The notes: generated from the letters alone by a model not told the origin. A stretch of DNA of 64,000 nt from Octopus vulgaris (GCA_951406725.2 OX597818.1:27590001-27654000), one strand, 5' to 3'. Positions 37,513 to 51,171 are shown, counted from the first letter of the stretch. Translations and numbers: made by a program.

Positions 37513-40500
37513 TTGTTGGCATCATTTTTGTCTCGGGAGTCAATGGAGTTGCGCATAAAATAGTCTAGTCCGGCTTTTACATTTCATGTCCTGATACATT
37601 TCCTGCTGTGGCTGTGTAGTCCTATCCTGGACAAACACTCCCTCTGGCAGGTGCCACATATGTAGCAAAGTCTGTTCCTGGCTGGTTGTAATGTCATAGT
37701 TTCTTGTTGACGTCTTTTCTTGTCTTTCCATTTCTCCTCACTCTCTCTGTCACTCCTTTGTATTCCCTCTTTTACGGTACGTCGCCAATCTCCACGGTTG
37801 CTGGCAATTGCTTCCCAACTGCTAATATTGATATTGCAGGCCTTCACGTCCCTTTTGCAAACATCCTTGTAAAGTAAGAACGGTCTACCCACAGACTTAG
37901 TACCCCTAGCAAGCTCTCTGTAGAGTATGTCCTTGGGGATTCTGCCATTTGATGTGGAGGATGTTTAGGCGACGCTCTTGGTGTGTGTATAGCGTCCAAG
38001 TCTCACTTCCATACAGTAGAGTGCTAAGTACACATGCCTGGTAGATCTTCATTTTCGTGGTCTTGGTCAGCTTATTGTTGTCCCATGCCCGTTTGGAGAG
38101 TTGGGCCATCACAGCAGCTGCCTTGCTAATGCGTATATTGAGCTCAGCATCAAGGGATGGGTTGTAGGTGACGGTAGAGCCAAGATAGGTAAACTTCTCC
38201 ACCTCCTGTAATCTGTGGTCTCCAATATGTATGTTTGGGATGTCCGATGTAGCCTGACCCATGATGTTGGTCTTCTTAAGGCTGATAGCTAAGCCAAAGT
38301 CGTTACATGCTTGCTCAAAACAGTTAATGAGCCTTTGGAGGGCTTCTTCTGTGTGTGATACCAGAGTGGCATCAGCAAATAGCATCTCCTTGATCAGGAC
38401 GTTTCTGATTTTGGTCTTGGCATGCAGGCGCGAGAGATTGAACAGTTTCCCTTCACTTCTACTGTGCAGAAACACTCCATCATCTGATGTCTGAAAGGCA
38501 TGTGAGAGCAAGAGCAAGAAGAAAATGCCAAATAATGTAGGAGCAAGGACACAACCTTACTTTACCCCGTTTTTTATTTGGAAGGCAGCTGATGTTGAAC
38601 CATTGTGCTGTATGGTCCCTTGCATATCATCATGGAAAGACTTGATGATCCTCAGCAGCTTTGGTGGACATCCGATTTTTTGGAGCAGGATGAAGAGGCC
38701 TTTTCTACTTACCGAGTCAAAGGCCTTTGTTAGTTCAATGAAGGCCATATATAATGGCATTTTCTGCTCTCTGGACTTCTCCTGAAGTTGGCGTATGGAG
38801 AATATCATATCAATAGTTGATCTGCTTCTTCTAAAGCCACACTGCGATTTCAGATAGATTCGAGAAGCAAGTAGTTGTAGCCTGGCCAGGATAATGCGAG
38901 CAAAGGTCTTTCCAACAGTGCTTAGAAGAGATATTCCACAGTAATTGTTACAATCACCACAGTCACCTTTGTTTTTGTAAAGCGTAATGATGTTAGCATC
39001 CCGCATATCCTGAGGGACTGTACCCTCTTCCCAGCACTGACACAGAAGCTCATGAAGGTGCCGAAGCAGGATGGTGTTTTTGCTGGCTTTGATGATCTCT
39101 GAGGAGATGCCATCTTTTCCCGGAGCCTCGTTTCTTGCTAGGGAGTCAATAGTCTTGGTGAGCTCTGCTATAGATGGCGGACTATCAAGTTTGCACATGA
39201 CTGGCAAGATCTTGACATTCTCGATTGCAGCCTCAGCTACTGTAGTCTCCCGTGAGTAGAGATCCTGGTTGTGCTCCACCCATCTATCCATTTGCTTGCT
39301 TTGATCCTTGATGAGATCTCCTGTAGTTGATTTCAGAGGTGCTGACTTGGTTGCGGATGGACTGAGAGCCTTCTTCAAACTGGCATACATCCCACGGGTG
39401 TCACCGCTGTCAGCAGCTGACTGGATGCTCTGACAGATTTCCTGCCAATACCTATTTGCACAGCGTCTGGCTGTCAGTTGGGTTTTATTTCTTGCCTTTC
39501 TGAGTTCTTTGAGTGACTTTGTAGAAGAATCACTCTTGTATTGCATCAGAGCTGCACACTTTGCTTCGATAACTGTTTCCAGCTCTGAGAGCCCAGCATT
39601 GAACCAATCTGGGTTTTGCCTTTCTCTCATGCTGAAAGCATCTATTGATGTGGTATACAAAGCTTCCCCGATATAATTCCACCTACTTTCAGTAGAGGAG
39701 GTTGAGCAGCTACTGAGGGCAACCTTGATAGAAGCAGCAAAACATTTTTGCGGTGTAGGGTCCGAGGTTCTGGCAGTGTTAATGCAAAGTCAGTCCACTT
39801 TCTTGGAGCGATGGACTTTTTTAGGCAGAATCCTCACGCTACTTCTAATTAGTGAATGATCTGTGTCACAATCCGCGCTGTGGTAACTGCGGGTCAATAG
39901 AACAGAATTCAGAAAGGATCTCCGTGTAATGATGAGATCCAGATGATGCCAGTGGTGAGATCTTGGATGTCTCCAAGATGCCTTGTGGGATGGCTTTTTG
40001 GTAAAGAATGTGTTTGTGATGCACAGGTTATGGTATGTGCAGAATTTGAGTAGTCTCTGACCATTGTCATTCATGTTGCCAATACCAAAGTGTCCAACAC
40101 AAATGGGCCACGAATCATGGTCAGATGCCACGCGAGCGTTAAAATCCCCTAGAAGGTAGATATTTTCAGTTGTTGGTATATTTTTTATGACACAGTTGAG
40201 ATCTTTGTAGAACTGGTCCTTGGTCTCCTCTGAGCTGTAGAGAGTGGGAGCATAGATGCTGAGTAGATTTACTGAGCCAGAAGAAGTTGAGAGGCGCAGT
40301 GAGAGGATACGCTCAGTGCCTCCTGATGGTGGTTCTATTGAGGAGAGTAATGAGTTTCTCACTGCAAAGCCAACGCCATGCTGACGAGGTTCTTCTGGAT
40401 CGCTTCCCTGCCAAAAGAAGGTGAAATCCTGTTCTTTGAGTTTGCCGTTTGAGGGAAGTCTTGTCTCCTGTAGCCCAGCAATGTCTATGTTAAGCCTCTT

Positions 40501-41223
40501 TAGTTCACGGTCAATGATGGCCGTTTTCCTTGTGTCTTCAACCCTGAGTAGATCATCAGATATTCCAGGGCACATGGTCCTGACATTCCAGCTTGCCAAC
40601 CGCAGCACTGGTGGTTTCTTGTCTTTTAGTTGTTTGCCTGGTGCAGAGGTTGCAGGCTGCTTTTCAAGTCATACTCTTAGCTCCAAGCACCCAATGAAGC
40701 AGGCGGCCTGTGGCGGGTCCGCACCTTATTAACTGGGGGCTGCCCAACTTGAGGTGGGCAGTAGCTAACCAATAGGACATGGAGGTCCCTCCCACCGTCA
40801 GAGGTAACCCGTAGCACCCATATTTTATGCCAATCTGAATGGACTTATCACTCATGACTGTTACCTCCCGTGTTGTTTCTGCAGCTTTTTACAGCAGCAC
40901 TGAAGTGTCCTCTCCAGTTTTGCGCAGGCCTGGGCTAGAGATAAGAAAGTCCTGGGTAGCTCAATCGTCAGGTTTCCTCTCTCGACCTTGCTGATGTAGT
41001 CCAAAGGAGTGCAGAGCATTACGTTTGGCACCAGCTTGGAAGAGTGTCGAGTCGAACACTAAACCGCCTTTGGGGCTCCACTCCGAAGGTTGTCTCCTTT
41101 CCGTAACCCTGGATAGGGGTCCATACCGGGTACTGTCAGCCGGAGCCAGCTGAGCCCGGAACTCGTGTCAGGCAGGGTCGTCACTCCCTGAAGTAGTGAA
41201 GAAGTTTGCTGCCCACTACCTTT
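37513..41223 (-). mobile_element. Near full-length RTE (BovB-like) LINE, frameshifted
   Basis: APE ORF 40608-39790 (SWNVRT, LQETR, GDFNAR, DTDHSL); RT 39660-37906 (PGKDGI, QCGFR, LTKAFDSV, MLFADA, LLYGSETW); C-terminal C2H2-like motif. Candidate TSD TATAAATATA(T) at 37503 and 41224. Confidence 0.92.
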
Positions 41224-41771
41224 TATAAATATATACACAGACATATATATAGACATATCTGTGTGTGTATGTGTGTGATATATATATATATATATATATC
41301 ATTCAACCACGGTAGTGGTTGAATATATTCTTAAGTCCACCATTTCCCCAATTGCAGCAGCATCCAGGTTTCACCACTAATTCAGTTCTCAACTAAATTG
41401 CAAACTGTTAACAGTTTTAAGGAGGGCACCTCCCCAGCTACACTTTGGCATAAGTAGTTTGAGATTTGGTTCAGTAGAAAAAACTTACATCAAAATATCT
41501 GCAGCCTCAAGGGGGGCAGTAAGACATCTATTCACCTTCAATTAACATAAACTGTTTAATTTTTTATTAAAAGTATATCTTTCTTAGGCTTAAATGATAG
41601 AAAAATGCATGAGGAATTCAGAATCATTAGTTGCATTGAACAAAATTTAGTTGAAAAAGAGTTATGAAGTAAAATATTACAAAATTTCCTGTCAGTAAGT
41701 AAGAGAGTTAGGAAGTAACACTTCAGCAATAAGAATAAAGAATATATTTCTAAAATCAATGTTTACTTTCT

Positions 41772-41878
41772 AAGGCAGTGAGCTGGCAGAAACGTTAGCG
41801 TGCCAGGTGAAATGCTTAGCTATATTTCATCTGTCTTTACATGTTTGAGTTCAAATTTCACTGAGATTGACTTTGACG
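41772..41878 (+). mobile_element. SINE head of a third family
   Basis: AAGGCAGTGAGCTGGCAGAAACGTTAG...GAGTTCAAATT (A- and B-box-like). Confidence 0.5.
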
Positions 41879-42446
41879 TGCAGATTATTTCATTAATTTT
41901 TTTTAACTAAACACTTTCAAACTTCCGATACTGGTAGTATGTGTCATATAGAAAAGGGTTTATTCTTAACGTTGTGGACAATGGAATTGTAACTAAAAAT
42001 TAAATTTAAGATTGTATGATTGATTTATGATTATTTAGGAACAAAATTCATAAATAAAAAAAAATTAACAAGAATATTTTCTTAAATTTGGAAATTAAAA
42101 ATGGGTTTTTGTTTATAAAATGGTTTTAACTTATGAAAAACCAAATGTTTACATAAAATTGATGGTACAATGATAGTAATTTTTTATTGCAAAATTAGGT
42201 TACTTAATGTGAGCCTGGTAACTGATGGTTTTGGGGTCTTGTTTGTAACTTTTGGTGAGCCATGGTGCAACCAACAACATAGTAAAAATCCCTGCCATTA
42301 ATTTGGTGTGGATGGGTAATATCAAATAATTCAATCACAACATATGTTTAAATTAAACATGTAAAAATCGAAATATTATCATCACTTATATGGAAAAATT
42401 GAAATATTAACTTTCAGTATTTTATAAGTGCCAAGAAAATTCATGG

Positions 42447-42951
42447 ATTACATGGAAAAAGGCAAGCATGAAAAGTAATATTCTTAAGATTATAAACCTG
42501 GAAAAGTACAGGAAAAGTACTGTAAAAGTATAGGACAAACTATTCAAGTAAAGTAAGGAATAAGAAACTTTTATTTAAAATATTGCAGCTAAAATTAAAA
42601 TTTGAATATTAAAAATTATTTTATTATAGTTTACAAACAACACTATACTTATTTAAGTAGAATTTGGCTAATTTACTACCTTAAATACAGACAAAAATGA
42701 CTAACTAGATAAACTTACAAATTAGCTGAACAGTTTTGTACAATAAATTTAAAGGATGAGAACTGTAAAGAGTGATAAATTAGAAGAACTGGCATTCTTT
42801 GCTGCAATATTTTAAGTAAAAAGTTTCTTATTCTTTACTTTACTTGAAGTAATAGTTTGTCCTGTACTTTTACAGGTGTTATAACTTGCCCTGTACTTTT
42901 CCAGGTTTGTAATCTTAAGAATATTACTTTACATGCTTGCATTTTTCCATG

Positions 42952-42955
<4 letters not shown>
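42447..42955. mobile_element. Foldback/MITE with ~145-bp terminal inverted repeats
   Basis: ATTACATGGAAAAA...AAAATATTGCAGC (42447-42590) is the reverse complement of GCTGCAATATTTT...TTTTTCCATGTAAT (42801-42955). Confidence 0.85.
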
Positions 42956-42994
<39 letters not shown>

Positions 42995-43420
42995 AGATAG
43001 ATAGATAGATAGTAAAAAAAATAAGGAAAACCCAAAGCCAAAGGGAAAGAACAACAAATGGGGCGTATTAGTTTGAAGTTTTGTGGGCTCATGGGTGCTG
43101 TTACCATGTAAAAAACACCCATGTTGGTGCCTTGTAAAAAGCACCCATGCTAGTGCCATGTATAAAGCTAGTACCACGTAAGTAGACTCTTTAAAGTGGT
43201 TGGCATTAGGAAGGGCATCCAGCTATCAAAACCATGCCAAAAGAAACAATTGAAGCCTGGTGCAGCTCTCTGGCTGGTTATCTCCTGTCAAATTGTCCAA
43301 CCTATGCCAGCATGAAAAATGCATGTTAAATGATGTTATTTCTTTCACCACATGGGCTAAAAATTGTGAAAAAGACCACCCACCAGGAGGTTTTCTACTA
43401 GCCCCATACTCTTTTTACCC

Positions 43421-43849
43421 TTTTATTCTTTTACTTGTTTCAGTCATTTGACTGTGGCCATGCTGGAGCACCACCTTTAGTCGAGCAAATTGACCCCAGG
43501 ACTTATTCTTTGTAAGCCTAGTACTTATTCTATCAGTCTTTTTTGCTGATCTGTTAAGTTACGGGGGTCATAAACACACCAGCATCAGTTGTCAAGCGAT
43601 GTTAGTGGGGGACAAACACAGACGCACAAACATATACACATACACACACTTATATATATATTTCTGTGTTTTTTCTCTGTGTATCTTTCTGTTGAAGAGC
43701 GTAGGCTCGAAACGTTAAAGACTTGTTTTATTTATATTTCCTGAGCGCCATACTAATACAATTGTTTGTTTGTATTCCACCTGCCTTCATCTTTTGTTTA
43801 TTTCCGTAAACCTGCCTTCGTCTTTTTTCAATTTTCATAAAGCTTCCTG

Positions 43850-43911
<62 letters not shown>

Positions 43912-44086
43912 ATACATATATATGACGGGCTTCTTTCAGTTTCCGACTACCTAATCCACTACAAAGGCTTTGGTTGGCCCGAGGCTATAGTAGAAGACAC
44001 TTGCCCTAGGTGCCACACAGTGGGACTGAACCCAGAACTATGTGGTTGGTAAGCAAGTTACTTACCACACAGCCACTCCTATGCCT
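43421..44086 (-). mobile_element. SINE interrupted in its (TA)n tract by a ~190-bp insert (43661-43850)
   Basis: The 3' half (43421-43660) and 5' half (43920-44086) match the 10620-11013 family. Confidence 0.82.
43684..43721 (+). ncRNA. Minimal hammerhead-like motif (core A6>U variant)
   Basis: TCTTT-CTGTTGA-A-GAGC-GTAG-GCTC-GAAACGTT-AAAGA: stem I TCTTT/AAAGA, stem II GAGC/GCTC, loopless palindromic stem III. Confidence 0.55.
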
Positions 44087-44332
44087 AAAATATTTTCACA
44101 TTTGATTCTCAATTCTAATAATTTTTATATTCTACATCTAATTATTTCTTTGTATAATAGTGATCACTTGCTTAGTAAATATTGCTTTCATTATTTTATC
44201 AGTCATAATCACTCTTTTTTAAACAAACATCATTGTAGTCCAACAACATAGGGAGAAGCAGTTTGTCAAGCTTTACTTTCCCTCAAAGCAACACCGAGAT
44301 TTCAATTCAGTAGCCCATCTGTAAGCTTTGCA

Positions 44333-44398
<66 letters not shown>

Positions 44399-45562
44399 AA
44401 GAGAGAGAGAGGGAGACAGAGAGAGGGAGTGAGTGAGAGAGAATATTGTAAACAATGAATGACATAAACATGAAGTGAAAATATTGTATAAATAAAAGAA
44501 CATTACTACAGATGTATATGCCCCCGAATTTGCTGCCTCATAGCATCCAGAAAAATAGATATTTTTTAATAAAATGTTCTACAAATACCGCTTAGATGTG
44601 GCTTCAGAGTATATTGGGATTCATGACAAAAAATTTTTCTGAAGGGGTAGAGAGAGGAGTTTCAGAAAATACACACAATCTGACTTTTTCCCTCATAACT
44701 TTCAGGAACATGAGTATCTTTTAAGGAAAATTTATACAAATACCTTTCAAGTGGCATACATTACGATTATAAAGAAATTTGTAGGGAAAAAGTTTTTCAA
44801 GGATTTTCCCATCTTTTTTAAACCACAGCCTTTGAAATGAGGGTTTTTTTTTTGGTGTGTGTGTGGATGGGGAGAGGTATCTTTGTATGAAAAAAGTTTT
44901 GAAAACTCTTTTTCGTTACACCCCTTCCTCATTATCCCACTGACCAACTATTTTTTGCACTTCAAAATCATGGGAAGAGCATTTTTTATAAAAAAAATAC
45001 ATTGCTAATATTTTCAGAGGGAAAAGTGAGTGATTTAAGGGCGATTTAGCTGTTGTTTCTAGCAACCTTTCCAATAGTTGTTAATTTTGTCCCTTATCCG
45101 AGCTGCGTTCTTTTTGTTTGTTTGTGTGCTTGTGTGTGTGTGTGTGTGTGTGTGAGTCCATGTGTCCTTGTGTGAAGTGAAGAGTGTGTGTATATGGTCA
45201 TGTGTTTCAGTCTTCATTTGTGTATGTGTGCTTGTCTGTTCATATTACCTCTGTATCTATCCATCTGTATGTCTGTTTACTTTCATTTGCCTACATACAT
45301 GTGCATATACATATACATACACACACACACCCACATATATACATCTACATAACAGCCCACTAACTATTCTACCTGTATATAAATATAAACTGTGCATACG
45401 GGGGTATGATTACCTACTATGTATATTTCCTATTTAGTACTGGGGATGTTTCATTTATAAGGACGTACTCCTGTATTTGTCTGAGGATTGGTTATTTTGG
45501 GTGCTTGGATAAAATGCAGATGTCAAATTGACCCAAATTGCCTCCATCTAGGTTCTTGGCAT

Positions 45563-46255
45563 GTTGGTAGAGTATGGAGGACTGTTCTTTGTCATCAAAC
45601 AACTAAACTACATTTCTACATCTCTTCTCTTCCTCACATCACCACTTCATGCACTATGCTTACCTCCTACTCTCCTATCCTGTCCTCTTGGCCTGTCTCA
45701 CTGCATCATTGCTATCTTCTAGCCCCAAACCTGTGTGTTGATGACTAAAAACAGTCCTCCACACTCTACCAAGTGTTAGAGCATACCTTTGAGGTTTGAA
45801 GGTCATAATATAAGTGGCAGGATACTGCCAAAGAAATGTGATTAGGAAGTGTGGATGGGAAGTGAGTGGTGAAAACCTGGGTATATATAGAGTTGGAGGG
45901 GGTCTACTGGAAAGCAATGGTACAGAGAAGCAGGGCCATGAGAACAGGATTTGGGAGTGAGAGGTTGGCATAGTGCATGAAGGAGGAAATGGGAGGAAGA
46001 GAAGAGATGTAGAGATGTAGATTGGTTTGATGGGGTAGGGTGTGTGAAAAGTTTTCTTGTTACATGTGGGTGGAACACACAGGTTGGGGGCTAGCAGATA
46101 GCAATGATGCAGTAAGACAGGTCAAGAGAACAAGATTGGAGAGTAGGAGGTAAGCATAATGCATGAAGTGGCAATGTGAGGAAGAGAAGAGACGGAGAGA
46201 TGTAGTTTAGTTTATTGTGGTAGGGAGTGTGAGAAGTTTTGTGGGTGGGACACAC
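45563..46255. repeat. Nested inverted and tandem repeat complex at a LINE 3' end
   Basis: 45600-45740 is the reverse complement of 46073-46212; 45563-45596 is inverted at 45740-45772; ~185-bp diverged tandem units at 45890-46255. Confidence 0.8.
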
Positions 46256-48223
46256 AACACTTCAAGAACTCAGTTTTGCTCACGTGAGCAGGTCTTGTGA
46301 AGAACCTCATATTGTTAGACATCTCAGTTTATTGTAATTTTCTCCGTGCGGCCCAACATCCTGAGATCAGTCCTTGCCATTTCATCCTACATCTTCCTGG
46401 GTTTCCCCTTCCATAGATACCATCCACTTTCTGTAGTCAGAACTTCTTTATGCAGCTGTCCTCATTCATACACATCACAAGTCCAAACCAACGTAGTCTT
46501 CTCTTTTGCATGCTACATTTGATTCCTCTTATGCCCAACATTTCTCTCAACACATTTGTACTATGTCCTCTATGTGTCCTAATGTTGCACATCCAATGGA
46601 GCATACTACCTTCATTTCTCTCCAGTTGATGCATGTCATCTGCATTCAGAGCCCATGTCTCACAACCATAGAGTAAAGCTGTTCGCACATAAGTACCACA
46701 CAGTATATCTTTCACTCTGAGAGAGAGTCCTTTTGTTGCCAACAGAGGTAATAGTTCTCTGAACTTTCTCCACCCTATTATTATTCTAAAAACAATACTT
46801 TTAGACCATCTTCCACCATTGCTAATTTGGTCACCTAGGTAACAGAAACTATCTACAAGAGATCCTCCTGGGCATTTGAGAGAATCTAAGTCTCATGTGT
46901 TGTTAGTGCTTATTGCACACCCGCCACATACAAAGATGACTTCATCTGTTATTCTACATTGTGATTCCATTGCAACTCTTATGTATCCATAGTTTACACT
47001 GGGTGTGGAAAATAGAATTTCTTCCAACTCCTTTCCTACATACTGAGCAGGGCCATTTACCTTACAGAAAGAGAGTTTTATCTTCTTTCTTACTAACAAC
47101 TTTAGTCTTTGCTAGGTTTAACTTTAAGGTCCTTTGATTCCAGGTTTTGTTTCCAAACCTGGAACTTCTTCTCTAATTCTGCTAAAGATTCTGCAATAAG
47201 AGCAAAGTCATCAGCATATAGCAGTTCTCATGGGCATCCAGTTTTGAATTCCTCTGTTATGGCCTGGAGAACTATAATGAATAAGAATGGGCTAAGAACT
47301 GAGCCATGTTGAACCTCTACTTGTACACTAAATTCATCAGCATATTCAAGGCCGGCTCTCATTTACTGACAGCACCACTGTACATGGCTTGTAGAACAGG
47401 CCACTCCTCTGCTCCTAACATCCTTAGAGACCACCATATAACAGAATAGGTAACTCTGTCAAAAGCTTTCTCCAGGTCAATGAAGCTAAGTACAATGGCT
47501 TACTTTTGGCCAAGTACTTTTCCTGCAGCTATGTCACTAGGAAGATGGTATCTGTGGTACACTTCCCAGGTATAAAACCAAACTGCATCTCAAGTAGTTT
47601 AATTCTGTTACTAATCAATTGAGCTATAACCCTCTCAGTAACTTTCATGACTTGGTCTAGCAGTTTAATATCTCTGTAGTTGTTTCTATCTAGAGCATCA
47701 CATTTAGCCTTGTAGCAGCTAACTATAATACTACTACACCAGTCATCAGGGAGGGTACCTTCCTGAATAATTTGATTAACTATACAGGTGACTAAGCTGT
47801 ATCCTACGCCACTGGAAATTTTAATCATCTCGGCAGTAATTCCTGATGGCCTAGGGACTTTGCCTGTCTTCATATCCTTAATTACCTCATCTATTATGCT
47901 GCTATCAACTGTGATGGCTGGTCCCTCAATTGGTTCAATATTTGGTAGACTCTCCTCCCATTCATTTTCCACATTTAGTAACCTTTCATAACATTTTCAT
48001 GCATCTTTCTTCTCTGAGTCACTACATGGAAGCATACCATTATCCATTCACATACATTTCTCACTCATCACATCTCTATTCTCTCTGATACACTGCTTTG
48101 TAATCCTAAATACTTCATGCATCTGATCCTCACTCTGTCGAGTATTTGCATATCTCTTAACTTCAGCTATTCTTTTTGCTATGTAAACCTGATGCCTGGC
48201 TGCCCTTTTAGCTACCTGATATA

Positions 48224-49516
48224 CGAGAGGCGTTCAATAAGTAATGCCTCTGGCCCACTTGCAGTTTTTTGATCTAGCTGAAATTTTGCATGTGCAATTA
48301 TTGATATTTCTATAGATTAAGTGGAAAATTACAGCTCTGAACTAATAGTGGTTTCTGATTTACAGGTGTTTGAACTGAGTCAAGTGTGAAATGGAGCCTG
48401 TTGAGTGTCGAACAGTGATCCGGTTTTTGTATTTGAAAGGACGCACACCACGGGAGACTTTTGATGAAATGAAAGTAACTTATGGTGATGATGCCCCATC
48501 ATATGACCTTGTAAAATGCTGGCATCGTGAATTCAAACATGGTCGGAACTCTGTGGAAACAGCTCCCAGATCTGGTCGCCCCACTTCTGCCGTTGATGAG
48601 GTATCTGTCCGTCAAGTTGAGGCTGCCATTTTGGAAGATCGACGCATAACTATTCGCCAAATAGTCCATGAGGTCAAGATTAGTACCGGGTCTGTGGAAA
48701 CTATCATTCATGACCATTTGCATATGCAAAAGGTGTCTGCCAGATGGATTCCCAGGTTGCTCACACCTTTCCAGAAGCAAGAACGCGTCGAGTGCTCGAG
48801 GATGAATTTGGAGATGTGCCAAGAAGATGAGTCAAACTTTTTCAAAAGACTGATTACACAGGATGAAACCTGGGTCCATCACTATGATCCAGAGACCAAA
48901 GCCCAGTCAATGCAGTGGAAGCACCGTGACTCACCTCCTCCAAAGAAGGCAAGTGTGCAGCCCTCCACTGGCAAGATCATGCTCACAATCTTCTGGGACC
49001 AGGACGGAGTAGTGATGACAGATTTCCTGGCAAAGGGTACCACAATTACAGGAGCCTATTATACTTCACTTTTGAGGAAATTAAGAGAAGCTATCAAAAT
49101 CAAGTTGCGGGGCAAGATCAGCAAAGGCATCCTCCTCCTGCAGGACAACGCTCCGGTCCACAACTCGCGTGTCACCAGATCAGAAGCACAGGCGTATGGC
49201 TATGAACTCCTCCCCCATCCTCCCTACTCTCCTGACCTTGCACCCTCTGATTTTCATCTCTTCCCAGTCATGAAGTTGTTTTTGAAAGGAAAGCGTTTCC
49301 CAGATGATGCAGCCTTGGTTTCTGAAGTTACGTCGTGGTTGGAGGACCAAGCTGGGGTCTTCTACAAAAACGGTCTCCAGAGCTGCATCAAACGAGGGGA
49401 GAAATGCGTAACTCTGGGTGGTTCCTATGTAGAAAAAGACTAATAACTGTGCCAAGTTTCGTTGCTCTACTGCTATGGGAAGTGGGTCAGGAGCATTACT
49501 TATTGAACGCCCCTCG
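48224..49516 (+). mobile_element. Full-length mariner transposon with TA TSD
   Basis: TA|CGAGAGGCGTTCAATAAGTAATGC ... GCATTACTTATTGAACGCCCCTCG|TA. Confidence 0.96.
48391..49443 (+). CDS. Mariner DD34D transposase, uninterrupted 350 aa (irritans-like by motif)
   Basis: HTH N-terminus, RSGRP, WIPRLL, TQDETW, QDNAPVH, YSPDLAPSD; 34 residues counted between the second and third Asp. Confidence 0.93.
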   Translation: MEPVECRTVIRFLYLKGRTPRETFDEMKVTYGDDAPSYDLVKCWHREFKHGRNSVETAPRSGRPTSAVDEVSVRQVEAAILEDRRITIRQIVHEVKISTGSVETIIHDHLHMQKVSARWIPRLLTPFQKQERVECSRMNLEMCQEDESNFFKRLITQDETWVHHYDPETKAQSMQWKHRDSPPPKKASVQPSTGKIMLTIFWDQDGVVMTDFLAKGTTITGAYYTSLLRKLREAIKIKLRGKISKGILLLQDNAPVHNSRVTRSEAQAYGYELLPHPPYSPDLAPSDFHLFPVMKLFLKGKRFPDDAALVSEVTSWLEDQAGVFYKNGLQSCIKRGEKCVTLGGSYVEKD

Positions 49517-50959
49517 TAATTTTCTGCTTCCACTGTTTTTCTATCCTTGGTCTAGCTAGGACTCTGCTCCAACCACAGATTTGTGTAACCTTCAGTAGAT
49601 TGTTCCACAGGAACTTTCAACTCTCCTCTAAGCTATATGTCTCCAACTCTTCCCTTTCGTCAGAAGCTTCTGTTAGGAAATCTCTGAATTTTTGTCTGTT
49701 TGCTGGGTCTTTGAGTATCCATAATCTTCTTTTCCAGATTGGTTTATTTCTCCAAATCTTTCTAGCTCTAATTCCGAAGGCATTAACTAGTAACCTATGT
49801 TGGGTTGTATACTCTTCACCTTGGAAAGACTTTGTACTTTTAAACATCCATCTATCTTGTTGCTTGGTGAGAAGGTAGTCAATCTGGCATATGTGCCCAC
49901 CAGACTGATAAGTGATTAGGTGGCTGGTTTGTTTTCTGAAGTTAGTATTGCAGATCACGAGATCATTTGAATCACAGAACTCCAGCAGTCTTGTTCCCTG
50001 CTCATTTCTAGGTCCAAAGTCATAGCTCCCATGCACTCCCTTGAATCCATGGGGATGCTGTCCAACATGTCCATTGAAGTCACCAGCCACAATAATGAAG
50101 TCTCTGTCAATTGTGTTTGAGGTAGACTGCAAAAGGACCTCATAGAATTGGTCCTTCTGTTCATCAGTCAACCCAGACTGAGGAGGATAGGCAGAGATAG
50201 ATGTAACTACTCATTTATATATGCTAAGTCTCATAATTACCCTATCACATACTCTGACTACTTCAATTACCTTTATCTACCCACTTTTCTGCTAACAGTA
50301 TGCCTACACCACCCACTCCATCCCTCTTGCCAACCCAGAAGAATTTGGATCTCTGTCTTTTCCCCATGAGGAATCTAGCTGAGACTCACCTCCATCTTAC
50401 TTTTTGCATACCACACATGAACATGGCATCGCTCCAACATTTTATTATGTCAGCATTGATGCTAGTGGCTCTGAGATTGAGTATTTGGGATTGTTGGTGG
50501 GAAGGTAATTCTGGAAATTTTTCATCATTTGAAAAGATCTGTGCAAACACTTGTCAGCTGACATTGGGCTCTGGTACATATTTTGCTCTGTGAATTACAA
50601 TGAATCACAGTTTCCCCCCATTGCATCTAATATTCAGAGCAAGAACCAACAAGAGATGAAGTGGGTATGAGAAAAGGGAATGTAAGTTGACCTGGAAGAG
50701 AGGATTAGGGTGGCTACATTGGACAGTTTAAGTATTACATGTCTAAATATTTATATATGAGATAGCTTTAACTGTGTATGGCACTTATCTGGGCACCTGT
50801 ATGAGGGTAGGGTATAAGGGTATAATCAAAATATGTACTCACACACACAGCACAGGGAGAATATATGAGTCACCAGGTGAAAAGGTTAATGCATAAATTA
50901 AAATGGTGGTGTTGGGTATAACAGGTGTGAAAATGAACACTGGGCACAGACCTTGTGCA

Positions 50960-51120
50960 AACTAAGATTATGCACCACATAGCTAGACGGACTTAGAAGA
51001 AAAGTCATAGTATTTAATTATTATTATCATTATTATTAAAATATTAAACTAAATTAATACACATGTACATTTTAATCGGCAAATTTATCACATAACCATT
51101 TTATATATATATACATACAC

Positions 51121-51171
<51 letters not shown>

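Larger units (their letters stand above)
46270..50480 (-). mobile_element. Long decayed RTE-clade LINE interrupted by a mariner
   Basis: APE (AGDFNGHVG, QIDYLL, QHRLLV; 50171-49617) and RT (PSGITAE, QFGFIPG, LLYADD, LLYGCETW). The frame SGSRKLYQVAKRAAR is restored when the mariner is removed. Confidence 0.88.
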
